Below the pieces are notes generated by a model, which worked only from the letters and a program-made list of their open reading frames with translations, made no database searches and was not told the DNA's origin. Position numbers and translations under genes: made by a program. From Catajapyx aquilonaris (lineage: Eukaryota): a stretch of 42,592 nt of DNA. The stretch covers positions 1 through 42,592 of the forward strand of contig JYFJ02003386.1 of the NCBI GenBank assembly GCA_000934665.2, read 5' to 3'. Within the stretch, counting starts at the first letter, position 1. Each line of letters starts with the position of its first letter. Shown piece by piece: positions 23,101-36,677 of this stretch.

Positions 23101-23877
23101 CTCTATTGAAACAAAAGCTTGTCGGTCATCATTCCTTGTAAGTTATGGCAAAGCTCGCATTTGGTGTGCCTAGGCGTAATATTTATATCTCCCGGCATGC
23201 TCATATTAAAGCCGCCTCTCAAGTTCTATGTATTCCTTAAATATTGATTAAATTAATAGCGCTCGTATGATAATATCGGCACTGTACATCATGCTGGTCC
23301 ATACATTTTGCTACCTCATTTCCCTTCCTTTATCTGCTGGAACATAACAATCCGAGCATATTACTTGGGGTTCGTTAGGTTCCCTAACAAATGGCAAATG
23401 ACAGCAATCCACAAATCCCTTCCGATATGGGATTGTCACGCGTCGCTTGCTAGCCAGTCCTGCGGCGTACTCAGGTCGATTTTTGGGGCCGGGCTTCTTC
23501 TTTTAAGTGTGTATATGCTGGGAGTACTGCGCATCGTCAGAGGGACTAACTACCGGTACTTATCATTTTGGACCAGTTTTGACCTATGGTCAATTAACCT
23601 ACGCAATCTCTCAAGCAATAAAATCTCATTTTTTTACGTACGGGGCAGGGAGCACCAGGTAAAGGAATTGCCATATCTGGTGTCTGTGCCCAACCTACTG
23701 CTAGTCTGTACGAAAATCTCGCGAGTGTCATATGCCCTGCCACATGACACTTGCAATGAAATTAATTCAAGGGCCCATGAATATTTTTTAAAAAAACTGA
23801 GGTATCCTAAGTGCATTACTTAGGATACGGTCTAATAAAAATATAACTCAGATAATTTACAATAGGCCTACTACTAT

Positions 23878-24190
23878 CAGGGGCGGATCCAGACTTTCGA
23901 TTAGGGGGGGGGGGGGGTNGCAGACTTGGTGGTGTTTGCGAGGCAGGGGGCATAAGCCGTAAAGGGCGGGGAGCAAGAGTGCCGCATGGGGGTTCAAGGT
24001 TACACGAGCTTAGGTGAAAGTGGGAGATTTGAATGGGTGTGTATAGTATTTGATGAAATTGGTAGCACTTTTTCCAAAAAAAATAATCCTAAATTTGCAG
24101 ATTAAAATTTAGAAAATATTTCACTTGGGAACCCACAGTTGGGGGGGGGGTCATGACCCCCGTGACCTCCCCCCCTTGGATCCGCGACTA
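23878..24190. mobile_element. hAT-like MITE (CAG[G/T]GGCGGATCCAG family)
   Basis: CAGGGGCGGATCCAG + G-run ... C-run + TTGGATCCGCGACTA; the same left end occurs at 1961 and 6359; TSD unclear. Confidence 0.7.
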
Positions 24191-25933
24191 CTACAGTATA
24201 ACCTGATTTCATACATATTTCGTAATACATGGCGCATACTCAAACCCGATCACACCTTGTCATATGCTACCTTCATTAGCAGCTAATAAGTGACGTTCAA
24301 CTTGATTGCTGTCTGAAATGCATCTTCCAGGGTACTATTATAGCCTACGTAGTTCATAGCATGTTTCATTACGATGTGCCTAATGCCTTCTGATGCTATA
24401 CATGAGCAATTACAACTTGTAGAGCCTTTTAAGTATGAGATTGCGAGTGGAAAACAAAATTCCTTAGAATTGCTATGACGATATCCACTTACTATAGTTA
24501 GGGCCAGTTGTATGAAAGGAAATTAGAAAAAGTTTCATGCCTGTAGGACTACCTTATAGAGAAACGTCACCTTAAATTCAATAGACGTGACTGCTCTTTT
24601 TTGAGAAAGATGTCTGATATCAACGTGGTAGAAAAATTTGAAAGGGTCTTTAAAATTACCCGATTGAAAGGGAGACTCTCTCATACAATATGTTTTGGCA
24701 TAATACAGGGTGGTCGAAAAGATCAGCATTTCCTTTTGGATTTCTGAAAAGAAATAATTGCTCTTAGTTGAGTTTGGTTTTTTTTTAACCGATATGAATA
24801 ATTCCGTATGACGCAAGTAAAAAAATGGTGGCATAACCAACAGGATGGGTGAGTAAAGCCAGGCAGTAATGTTAGTAAATACAGGCCAGTAACGCTTGGC
24901 AAACAGCAATTCTTCCGTAAAATTCGGACAAACGATAACAGTCCTGCTCTATAGGTCTACATAGGTCTTCCGTGAAGTTGTGCCGCTGACACTGACAACG
25001 ACAAAAGGACGAGCGGGACTCCTACCGAGAACGCAGCGCCTTCTGGTATCCCAGATGACGATAATGGCATCATTTATTGGCATTGGGGGGGAGGGGGTTA
25101 TCCTTAGGACACCCATGTCATATACACTCGCGAAGGAATTTGGGGGAATACCTAGGAATCCTTAATAGCCCGGGAAAACCATGGAGAATTTTGCTAATTA
25201 TACAGAAGAGGAAATAATTTGGAGGTATTTGAATTATAATATGGAATGACTAATGTATAGGAACCTTTGGAAATACTGAGAAGTCCCCAGAATTCTTCGG
25301 AAATATAATTATGAACGTATCCATTAGGATTATTAACCAGAAGCAACTGCTCTTAAATATTGTGTTTTGTGTTTTGTTTCCTTTCTTTCCAACCTCAGTG
25401 TACAGTGAGAGTTAGGCTTAGTCGTAAATGTTTAAAAAAAATTATTGTTACCTCACGCATATAGGCGTACCTGGAGGTTCCTGGTAATTGACTATTTCTT
25501 GAGTGATATTCTCTCTTGACAGTAAACCTATCCTCGCCAAAATAGTTTCAGATTTTTTTTTTGCTACTCCAAGATCGCTGATTGTAGCCATCGGTTCGGA
25601 TTCCTTTCCTGGAATTGAAGCAATCAAGGTGGCGAGGTAATCACAATGGCAGAAATTGCCTCTGGAAACCTAATACTTTTACGTACTTAAAGTGGGTTTA
25701 AGTTGTATTTACTACTGAAGACCTGCACTCTATAGTATCTCTGCAGGGTACGGGAGTATTATTGGACGTATTAGGTCTCTGGCGTGTCCAAACACAACCC
25801 TTTATAAGCTGCCTATTTAAAAGCTTTAGAGTTAGAATTATGTCATTTATTTTGACTATGATTACTTCTTTTATGATTAGATACACCAGACCATGATCTT
25901 AGAATACTCAGGTCTGGTCATTCCCACCCACCC

Positions 25934-26221
25934 CCTGCCGGGGCGTTTTGTAGGAGGTGCTCACCTGAGAGCGCCATGAGACATTTCAGGGCACTGGTAT
26001 GTGGCGACCCTACCGGACTACGTTGAACTTTATAGTACAAAAAGAAAGGGCTACATTGGGGGACCCAACATGGTCCCCGGCTGCCACGCTGGGCCCGCAT
26101 GTAGCGCTTCCCTTTCGTACCTATAAAGTTCAGCGTAGTCCGGTAGGGTCGCCACATACCAGTGCTCTGAAATGTCTATGGCGCTCTCAGGTGAGCACCC
26201 CCTGCAAAACGCCCCGGCAGG
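25934..26221. mobile_element. GC-rich foldback element, ~125-bp arms
   Basis: CCTGCCGGGGCGTTTTG...CAAAACGCCCCGGCAGG near-identical inverted arms; explains the mirrored ORFs 25918..26157 and 25999..26280. Confidence 0.85.
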
Positions 26222-26772
26222 CGATAAGATCAGAATGTAGTATAAGTGTCCGGGGGCTGCACCAGACAGACAATAAATGAGAATGCACTGAAGAACTGAC
26301 TTATACAAGAATGAGTCAGATAGTATTGACTATACCATTGTCGTGAATTCTTGTAAACATGGAGAGGAGGCTAAATTATACAGTAATTATTTTAAATTTT
26401 TGTAGCCAAAGGATTTGGACAGGCTAACGTAACTCATGATAATTTCTGAAAATTGTGCGTCTGGGAACATGCATGGGTCAATATTTTTGCTACAGAGTAA
26501 AAATGTGTGAGTATATTGCAACGAAAGTTTTATTTTACAACTACTGTATAATATTTATTCATTTCCTGTATTATGCGACTATACATTTTAATACAGTACT
26601 GCAATGTCACGATATTTTACCACAAATTCTCCGACATATTATTTTAATTTCTATGTCCAACTGTCACGACTAAATTTAAATGTCTTAAAATTGATAAAAC
26701 CTTACTTTTTATTACTCAAACTAGCAGGAAGCCGTTCTTTTCATTTCACCATTGATATTGTTGAATTTCATT

Positions 26773-26992
26773 GTTGCTATGGTATTGTGTTCACGTTACT
26801 ATGGAAACAACTAATCAGCAACAATCAATCACTATCATAGTAACCGGTTGCCAAGGTAACCTTGTTGCAATAATAACACCAGAACGGGTGGGGAACTGAT
26901 GCGGAACGAGCCCGGAATGAAATGGGACAAACAAACAAACGTTTCCATGGTAATCCCGTTGCCATAGACAAACACACAAACATTCCCTTATA
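26773..26992. repeat. Repeat remnant with clustered GTTRCYATGGWAAC (X-box-like) palindromes and (ACAA)n, possibly a Helitron-like end
   Basis: Motifs at 26773, 26795, 26847, 26941, 26958; ACAAACAAACAAAC and ACAAACACACAAACATTCCCTTATAT at the 3' end. Confidence 0.45.
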
Positions 26993-29977
26993 TCACGGTA
27001 TGTGAGATTTACAGCACTGGGACAACATAAATATTGTAACGAACATTGATTAACATTCTCTTATGATATGTATGCGTGCCCAAGTTTCTCGCCCAAGAGA
27101 ACCCCAATTTTACATGCAAACACAAGCTTCTAAAGTTCGCTTGGGTGAAATAAGTGGTTGTGTGTAACAACAGTCTACGTGCTGTAAAAAAGGTTTGTTG
27201 TCAAGGTCCTCTCGCAGCTTGAGATGACTGTAGCCTAGGGACTACTTCTGATGACATAACCTAACTCGTCTGACACGTATCCAGCCTATCTGTAAGCCCT
27301 TGTGCGTGTTCTAGCATCCCTTTCTAGAGTGTAAACAACTGTGATTATGAAATATCGTACCTTATATATTATTATAGCCTGAATAACTGGAAAGTACAAT
27401 AATAGGAATGAGTTCATTTATAGCCTAAATATATCAGAAACTAGGCTTTGTTATACGAAAGACCATCTTGAGCAACAAGCTGTCACTTATCGCTTCTACG
27501 TTATTAAACGTCAATTCGAATTCTATTACGACAGCATTGGAGGTTATTGCACTAGATCGGGGAAAAAAGGAAAGACTATTTTGAATCGAGGAAAAATTTC
27601 AAATCGTCTCAATCTATTTCAGGGAAGTACTTTCTAATTTAATCAAAGGGCGACCTCTACTTTCTGTATGGAAGAGCGCGTTTCCCACTTGTTGACGTGT
27701 ATTCAATACATGCCTCTGGAATTCTCATCGCGGAAGAGAAACGAAAGCTATAATCAGCTCATTCATGCAAATACGCCAGACCACGATGCAGTGCGATTGC
27801 CATCTTCTCTGGCACATAGCAGTGTAGACTATCGGCCACAATATACGCCTATTGCAACAGTTTTGGGCCAAATGTGTTGCAGTGACCCTGGACTATGATC
27901 TATAGTTGGGGAAGAACCACAAAAATATCTGGATGAATTATTCATCTCGTTCCATTTCTGTGCAGTATTCAGCTTATAATAAATCAAATTCAAACGTGTT
28001 TACATTCAGAGCGGAAGGACTGACAGCAAAGACATAGCTGCACATGATTACCGAGCAGGGAAGATATATTATTCTAATTGCGATATGAGTACGTGCGCGC
28101 TGGTACCCATACAGTAGGTGGAATAATTTTTACTTTGACATGCCCCTGAGCTGTTGCGTCTGTCTGGGTATAGTTTGAGGGAAAGCTTTGAAGCCAGTTA
28201 TATCAAGCTTTGCATAGGTCATGATCAAAAGACGGTCTTCAGGCGCCGATGGAGAGTGGTCGGCCCACCGTCCTTGAAAACCATGTTTTATATCCATTTT
28301 ATGCCCATTTTCGCCGGGCTTTATGTTATTACCAGGCTAAAGTAATATTGATTAGAAAAAAGAAGTCTGGATGAGGATGACGGTTTTAAGAGAGGACATT
28401 TTCTTTGATTGTGTAAGTCGTAATGTCAATATATTCCTTATTATTGTCACCAGCTCTTTGTACAGTGCCTGTCGTCAGCATAAAATATACTCTGGAAGCA
28501 ATATGTTAGTTGACAGCTGTCAGCCGCGACGTAAATAAACAAGTACACTTCACGTAGCTTTGTTGTAATGCTGCTTCTCAGGTTTTAGGAATTTATAATG
28601 TTATACGATGATGTCATATGCTTCCTTCTTTCTTACAGTACATCGGTACAGTAGTACATGCAATAGTCTCACTGGTTTGAAACTTTAAAAATATTGCCGT
28701 TTTTTGTTCCGGTAGTCGATGATGGTATTACTGGGCTTCCGACATTTTACAATAAGGCATGTATATAGTCATGAATGTGTCCCTGCCAGTTATTAGAAAT
28801 AGAAATGGCTTTTTATTCTCACTTTCAAAAAAGTCATTGATAATGTAATGCAGGTGGAAGCGAGACCCATCAACCACGTTTGACACAGTGGCACTAATAT
28901 GACATTTTGTGTGTCTGAAATATCGACAGCCTTCACACCAGGTCTGCCTAAAGGTCATCCACGTCCTGTCGGACTAGATTATTTAAACTTATTAAGTTTG
29001 TAATGAGAGCCATTAATTTTGTCACTCCACACCGGATATGACAGAGTTGTCAAACATAACAGATTTAATATAGTGTGCAGGTCTGGATGTCAAAATCTGT
29101 GCGTGATATGGTCCAATAATTAATTGTTATGGTTAGCATGACCCGCATTGGACAGTATTTTGAAGAATCTGTTAGGTGTGCTCGTTTCAGGGAGTTGTCA
29201 AAATATATTTTCTAAAATATATTACTACTCTAATGTGATGGACGACATTTGTATTTGGCTGGAACTATTGCATTTATTTGTTTCGGTGAAAGCACATCAT
29301 TTTCAATTTACTCTAAGTTTTCGACATGGACCTGTCCATCAGGATGCAGAGGTATTCTGATTCATCCTGCATTCGTAATGGTATTAGTGGGTCTATTATT
29401 TGACAGCATTTCCTCCCTACCCATGCCACCCTTTTTTGACGTGCAATTGCCCCAGAACAATGACGTACTTATCTCAGGCCGAATCCGGAGGAAGTCGTTT
29501 TCACCCTGTTGTTTTCGGCCATGGCAATCAGCGCTGGTTTGAATCGAGTGAAAATGAAGCAATTTACTGCCCGTTTTTCGAACTCCCCCTTCTACCATTA
29601 CTGGAGACTTCCATTGCAATCATAAACAACCTGATCCCCTTTGGATCTCTGTGCGTGTAATTTCGAACTTTGTCTATGGTAGAATCTGAAACGAAAGGAG
29701 ACTGTCCCTAGGGCACTTTTGCATGCGAGGTCATGATACCAATCATAAACAACTTACAGTAGGCCTACCATATTTCGTAGGAAATGATGGCCATTGTGGA
29801 TACGGCAGCTAAATCCACCATTGTCTACAGGTTAAGCTGCTTTCCGATAGATTAGAGATGTGCTTATAGGAGACGGGGTAGAGGATGATGAAGACAATAC
29901 ATAAGTTATCTACCCTGTAAAAAAAATAAAAGAATTTACTAGAAACCCCAAGCACCTGTGACATCAGTACACCTATA

Positions 29978-30025
29978 CACTCTTAACCATTTACCCTCTC
30001 TAGAGAAGGTAAATGGTTAAGAGTG
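29978..30025. mobile_element. 48-bp spacerless palindrome, probable minimal CACTA/EnSpm-like MITE (two fused TIRs) with TA flanks
   Basis: TA|CACTCTTAACCATTTACCCTCTCT|AGAGAAGGTAAATGGTTAAGAGTG|TA, 1 mismatch. Confidence 0.7.
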
Positions 30026-33000
30026 TACACTCGCATTGCTCTGAGGAACAATGAAGACCACTTAATACTGCAGAACAACGAAGCCCAATGTTAGCAGATG
30101 GCGGATAAATTGCGGAGCCACTTATTAGAGGTGATGAAAATTGTGGGTATTGAGGGTTGGCGGGTGGGCGCTGAGAAGGCGTGTGAGATGGTACGCTATC
30201 TCCATCATCCACCGCTCAAAATAATTGCAACCCAACCAAGTGCTCACGCTGGCATGATCGATCATGGATCCAGTGCAACCGCCCCCATCACCACTCCCCA
30301 TCTCCATCTCCCCCATCTTCTAACCAACACGTACACTTTCCAATTAACCCATAATAGGGGCGCGTGGGTACTCAGGATCTATGTACACACAGGTCTCCAA
30401 CCTCCAGGGTTCGATTCTCGGACAATTGACAATTTGTAGCATTTCGCAACCATATTATTCATTCCAATTTTCAAAAAAAAAAAAAAAACTACAGAGCGAT
30501 GGAGCTGGATGAAACGACATTATTGGTTCGAGAAAATTTATACAGAATTGTTTACTAAATAACCAACAAGCGCGATGATTCCCTTGTGAATGACAGGTGA
30601 GCCTTTGAATCACCGTAATCTAGACTGCTATAGGGAACAGGGGAAATGCTATTTTGGTTCGCAACGCGTGTTCTCCGTGTGCGCTTTCAACAGGTGTGAA
30701 GTCATTGAACTATGGCAGCAGGGGAAATTTGTTGATAACTACTTCATTCAATGAACTTTATCGAGTGGCGTCAACTCAATGGGTGGTTTGATTTAATGTG
30801 CTTGATTACATAAAATAGTTGGGGCTGATCCTATCCTATATGTAACGATATGAAGAGTCAATCAACGATGTAGGCTCAACTAGGATCAAGGGCCGCATTT
30901 TAAAACCTGTAAGCTCCCTATTAATTATGTGCAAATTCTCTGCAAAGTGAATCGCCCAATAAGTACACTTATCGCATACACATTTAACCAGCATGCTCAG
31001 CATGAAACTGGCAAGCTGAGCTGTAGTAATCAGTCTCTCTAATGAGTCTGACATTTGAAAATAGCTACTTTAAGACCCAGTGTGCCAATACTGCAAAATG
31101 TAACAATCCAAGCCAAAGTTCATTGTCTCCTGACCTTTTAGAGCAGCACTGTCCACCGTAACACCGTGGCCCACATAATTTCCTCCGAAAGCCGATTTTA
31201 GATGGCGTAATTAGTTATTCTCGACTACGGGAGGTCCTTTGTGTCTGAATGTGCTCGGTAATGAAGTCTCATTGGTGTGGCAAGATTACTGCCGACGGGC
31301 CACTTCCGGTAGTTCCTACTCATAGTTTCTATAGTCTCAGCCATACGCGAGACCAAAAATATGTCCGTACCGCGACCAAATTTAGGGGAAGTGATTTTCA
31401 TTTGGAGGATTGCAAGAGGGGTTTGATTAAATCATGTCATGGACCGCAGCTCTGTATTTTGCACTTGTCAGCAGTGGTACGAATGTTTTCATGTGCGTGT
31501 GACAGGTAATGCCACCGTGAACAAGAATTCGGTCATATATGCGTGTTCTGGGAATAACTTGTTTACGGCTTTAGAAATTGTTGGAGAACGCTCACCTATT
31601 AATAGGGTTCTAGAATATTGCTTTTTATACTCGTACTCGAGTTAATTGAGGCCATACACTTCATCGATCATCACATGTGTTGGTGGCATTTCAATCTCTG
31701 TATTTTTAGGAATAGATTGGCTGGAACATTATTTTGAGAGACCAAAAAAACCCGCTACTTACGATATGTGACGTCACATGTGATGATCCAGTAGACAAAA
31801 TGCGAGGATCGAAAAAAGTTAATAACTATTACTCAGAAAGTCTTTTAAACTTTTTGAGACATTGCGCTTAGTCACATGAAAGCTATTTGTAAGAAAAGCT
31901 ACATTACAGATAGGCTGTGACGATATCGAACGCGACTGCACCTATAGGTGGATGTTAACAAGTTTTCACTAAACGGAAGATGGATGGCATACGAACCGTT
32001 ACTTTCCGTTTTTGCGCGCTAAAAATTTATTTCTTACCGCCTGTCACAGAAAAACCAAAGGTCATGTGCACGTTTTTAGTACAGAACGGCTGTTTTTGTT
32101 TCAAATTCATCAAATTTTCATAATTATATAACCTCATACTTTTTGTGCACCCATAAGAAGCACCTCATACGTCGTATAAGCTATCAGATTTATGCACACT
32201 TGCCAGGTGCGGCAACCAATTCAGTTTTTGTCCTGCTCGTAAGCTTAGGAACAGGCCCAAGTTGGATCGTGAGGCCTGTGAAGCAATGCAAACACGCTCA
32301 TGTAGGTATTAGGCGCGAAATTTATACGCGAGCTTAACTGAAAGCGCTATTCAATACCGTACGTGTACACACTTACACCAGGGTTCGCCCCTCTCCTATC
32401 AAAAAAACTTTCAGTCCTCATGAAAAATGCGTTTGGAGATAGCCCTCTTCAACCTATAGGGGTAAATAATTACTTTTTCGAAGTTGGCTCTTTTTTTTAA
32501 AAAAAAACCTTCATTTCGCTTGGACCGAGGCTTATATGCGCCTACCCGCTCAGTTTGGATTATTTTTCCAACTTATGCGCGAATTTTTTTGGGATATGTT
32601 CCTTCATGCTTATTCCAGGCAGGGTTGCGTAGATGAGGGTGCACTGTACGCCCACATTCCAATACCCACATTTTCAGTTATTGGGGAAGGGAAGATGTTC
32701 ATTGATCAGGCAACTACGCCACCAGCATGCTACACTAAGTGGTCCAACAAAATTGAAAAATTCTGACAGAAATAATAATTATTTATTAACAGGCATGTGT
32801 TCAGACACACTTGTCTACTTGTCTACGCATGATTAAGATAATGGTCTGGTGTAATATATTAGAGACTATAAAATCAAATATTTTCCCGGGGAACCCTATA
32901 GTAGGACTTCGTCTGTGATTGCAAAGAAGAGATTCAATACTGCAAGAGAAGAACGATAATGTTAAATTCTCGATTCATTACCCAATTGTTCTCTCTAAAC

Positions 33001-35670
33001 ATCACGAACAAGATTTTCTTTGCCAATTTTGGTTAGGCCAGAGTTGTATCACTCCGATGTCACGGTATGGTATGGGTTATTCACATTGCTGCACTACTAG
33101 GGCTATAGAGTAGACCTATGTGGTTGCCCTTAATAATAATTTGACACAGCTGCCTTTTGAATGGTGTTGTGCATAATAAAATTGCGATAACCGTGGACCT
33201 GGAGGTGAGGGCAAAGGTGATTGTTGTGTTTCATCAGTGGAGGTGGAACTTGGTGATGGTACCCCTATCTGTAAATACGTTGTTCATTCCAGATGATAAG
33301 CCGATTTCAATTGATTTAAACTTCACACGTGAAGGTGACAGAGAGTGCTGAATTGAAGCGTCCAGGTCCGCAGTTAATAATAAGGGCACGCTGGTTAATC
33401 CTGTTATTGTATTATTTTGTGTTACATGATCAGTGAAATTACACAAATTCCCCGCCAGTTAACAATGAACCCAGATATTCTTAATCTACTAAAAGGATCG
33501 AAAGATGTTGGAAGGTGGTGGCTAAAAATGGTCAGCTATGCCAAGTGATTGTTGACAGATATTGTACAAAATTCTTAGCGTGTGCCCATTGTAAATGCGA
33601 TGTTTCCAAGTATTCGGTGTCCAATTATTTAGTAGAGTCTGCTATTGTTGGATCCCACCTGGAAATAATTATGCACCTCTAACGGGGTAGACTACAAAAA
33701 GCTTTACAAAAATAACAACTTCGGGCGTAAGAGATAAAAATATTCAAATACTTGGAACGCACATATTCATATATCAAAAGACCTCGTCACAATTTTTGAA
33801 AATGGATGTGCAGGTTCTACTAACTGTTGTAGTAAATTATTATACGCAATATATCAGCTTGCCGCTATGTACGTGCATGCTGGCATAAAAAGCTGCATAA
33901 AACCCATACGATTTTACGCTCAGGAAAGCATCCGGTTCGGTCCTGAAAAAATTATTGACTCATGTCTCCAAATGACACCCCCTACTTTCCACATACATTT
34001 AAAAAAGACCATTTATGATTGACCCGCTGGTAAATGGAACTAGCAGGTCGTTTGAAAAGAAATCAAGCAAGGTGCACAGGATTCGTCACATTTGTTTTAT
34101 TCCTCCGACGCGACGTCATGTTTGTCCTAGCAAAGGCTATATATTCACAGGGGGAGGAAAGTTAATTCCATCTGAGCTCCGACGAACAGGGGAGGAAATG
34201 ATGTTGACACAGCCATGTTGGAGTAGAGAGTGTGCAAGACAAAAAAAAATGGCGTGTGGGTACCGTGTACATTTTCGGTGGTCTTGCATAAAAAATGGAA
34301 AAAGGGAGTCATGTACCTACCACAATGCGAGTTTTTCAGTCATGCGAACCAGACCAGAAGGCAGATTAGCAGTGTAATTGCTAACTGCAATGTAGGGCAC
34401 AAGTGCTTCAGTTATGATTGTTTTTTTTTATTCTCTACCTGTCCATATTTTTGCAGACGGTATTGCGTTAATGTCAGAAAATTACTCTTATTAAGTACTT
34501 GAATTGGGAGACTATTTTACCATATTTTTATGGAGTGTCTGGCAAGTAAAGTCGAGCGAATATGCGCGCTGGATTCACAACTATCTCAGGCAGGGCCTAA
34601 TTGGGACGGTAATGAGAATTCAGAAAGTTCTACTTTTTTATCCTCTAAGTCGGACATATAGGCTGCTCTGCGTAACGAGGATGAACTCTCTGGCTTTCGT
34701 CAATTAAATATAGCACCGAGTTTCGTGAAACCAACATGTATAGGATTTTACCTACTGCTATATCAGGCTCAAAGCATGGCATGTACAAAGGTCAGTTTAT
34801 ATCGACAGAAACTGAGCAAAAAAAAAAGGTTCAGCAGTAAACGAGACATCCGATTACTTGACCATTGGCAAGACGGACAGAAGTTGAGCTAGGAAACTCT
34901 GGGCAAGATCTCGTGAAAGTGACTTGTGGCAGAGGCGTGTAATCAATCCAGGGCATTCACAGCCGGAAGAAAACCCCGTCAGTTATATATATAGTCCTGG
35001 TGTTGATGCGAAACCCCTGTTTCATCGCCGCCAGTCTACCGCATGGGGGCTGTCACAAAACATGCGACTATATTTTTTCGCCATTTTTCTTCGACTAGTC
35101 TCACGGTGTTGCCACAAGGGGCGCTGCCTTCAAATTGAATCGAGTCCATTGTATCAATCTGCGAGCTCATCTGCTTCTTTGCATCAGCCTCTCATCGGGG
35201 TGCAAATTGCGTTAAGATTTCAGGAGCGGAGGCCTTGATTAGCTTACTTCATTTTTCACCTCCCACACCTTCTTTCCCACCCACATTAGCTTTATTTTTG
35301 TAGCTATCTGTACGTTTACTCCGATCCTTGCACATCCAGGTCAGTGCAGGAATGCAGACCTATTTTCTAGGCAGCTAAGTGCGAAGATGGTCGTTTTACA
35401 GCAATCTTAGAAAAGTTTTCTCGGATTTTTTTTTTAAAGTGACTGTAAGCAGTTCCAAGGGAAGTTGCGTATGAAGAAACGAGTTACTTAAAGCATTAGG
35501 GAAAAGTTTCTTGGACGTGCTTAAAGAGGGAAGGCGAATATGCAAAATAACGTTAGACTAAGTTCTACAGAAATTCTGCACCTCCCTATGATGCAACTCT
35601 TGGATTCAATAGTATGGAGCTGCGGAGTGATGTTTTAGCATTATGGTAATACTGATGTAGATCTTAATGC

Positions 35671-35672
<2 letters not shown>

Positions 35673-35720
<48 letters not shown>
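35673..35720. repeat. (ATT)n microsatellite
   Basis: Direct read. Confidence 0.97.
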
Positions 35721-35721
<1 letters not shown>

Positions 35722-36464
35722 CTGTACATTAAAAATTATAGCCAGGCTACACTAATAGTGATTTTCTTCCTATCAGGACGTCTCCTGCTGGTTCCAAGCT
35801 CGTTTGCAAAAAGAAATAAAAAGTGCAACAGAGAACAAAAAAAAAAAAAACGTGCCTCTGTCAAGAAACGGAAGAAAATGACTTTCTGCATGAGCTGTGC
35901 AAATTGCATAAGAAATACATGTCCACTTGCTTCCTATGTTGCAAGAATATTTTGTCAAGATTTTTAGGAGTGTGTAGGAAATGCATGCAACGTTGCCAGA
36001 ACACTAAAACACATTTAAATTACATCAAATAATATCCGCCTGTTAATGGCTCTGCTAAGAGTACGTGTTACCGTTTCTTTTCAAATATTGACGCTTTGTT
36101 TTAATATTACCGCGATGAACTCTTGTCATCCGATTTGGCCTGGCTTCGTATATGTAGATAACAAATTCCCATTCATAATGTTCATTTTTATGTCCTCTTT
36201 CACCTATTTTATGACAGTTACCTTCTGCCAGAATGATATCGTTGCGTTGTAAAGGCGAATGTTTGTCTCAAGGCACCTGTTTTGTTTTATGGTATTCTGG
36301 AATTTTAGCTTTAAGTGCACCGCCTCATTTCAACGGTTTAAAACGAGTGTCGCTAGACGGACCATTGATTTACTGCATACATGGGACCAGTAGGAATACA
36401 GGCTTTTGTTGATTTCCGGCGTCGTTAACATTCACTTAACGAAGTTCACCATTGTCTAAATTGA

Positions 36465-36469
<5 letters not shown>

Positions 36470-36543
<74 letters not shown>

Positions 36544-36677
36544 TTATTACGTCTGGAGGTTAGTCTTTATGACGGAGAAAGCTTTCCCCGACACATAATG
36601 CAAATCAGTAATACAATATTACAACAATACAATAGAACTCAAGTACAATGATGTCTTAATATGCCAATGGGTATTTA
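36470..36677 (-). mobile_element. 5'-truncated non-LTR retroelement 3' end with AATAAA and (ATT)n tail
   Basis: 15-bp direct repeat TCTAAATTGAATATA at 36455-36469 and 36678-36692; (AAT)n at 36467-36543 abutting TTTATT. Confidence 0.82.

Noticed and set aside
23308..23823. 171-aa ORF (plus strand)
   Set aside because: Non-ATG start, no domain, contains a TACCGGTA footprint-like motif; length achievable by chance
25918..26280. Two ORFs on opposite strands sharing MWRPYRTTLNFI
   Set aside because: Artefact of the DNA palindrome
30358..30422. Second SINE head (GGTTCGATTC B box)
   Set aside because: No convincing A box or body
33190..33268. Possible minus-strand Ser/Pro-rich exon (IGVPSPSSTSTDETQQSPLPSPPGP)
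   Set aside because: Acceptor plausible but donor weak; no other support
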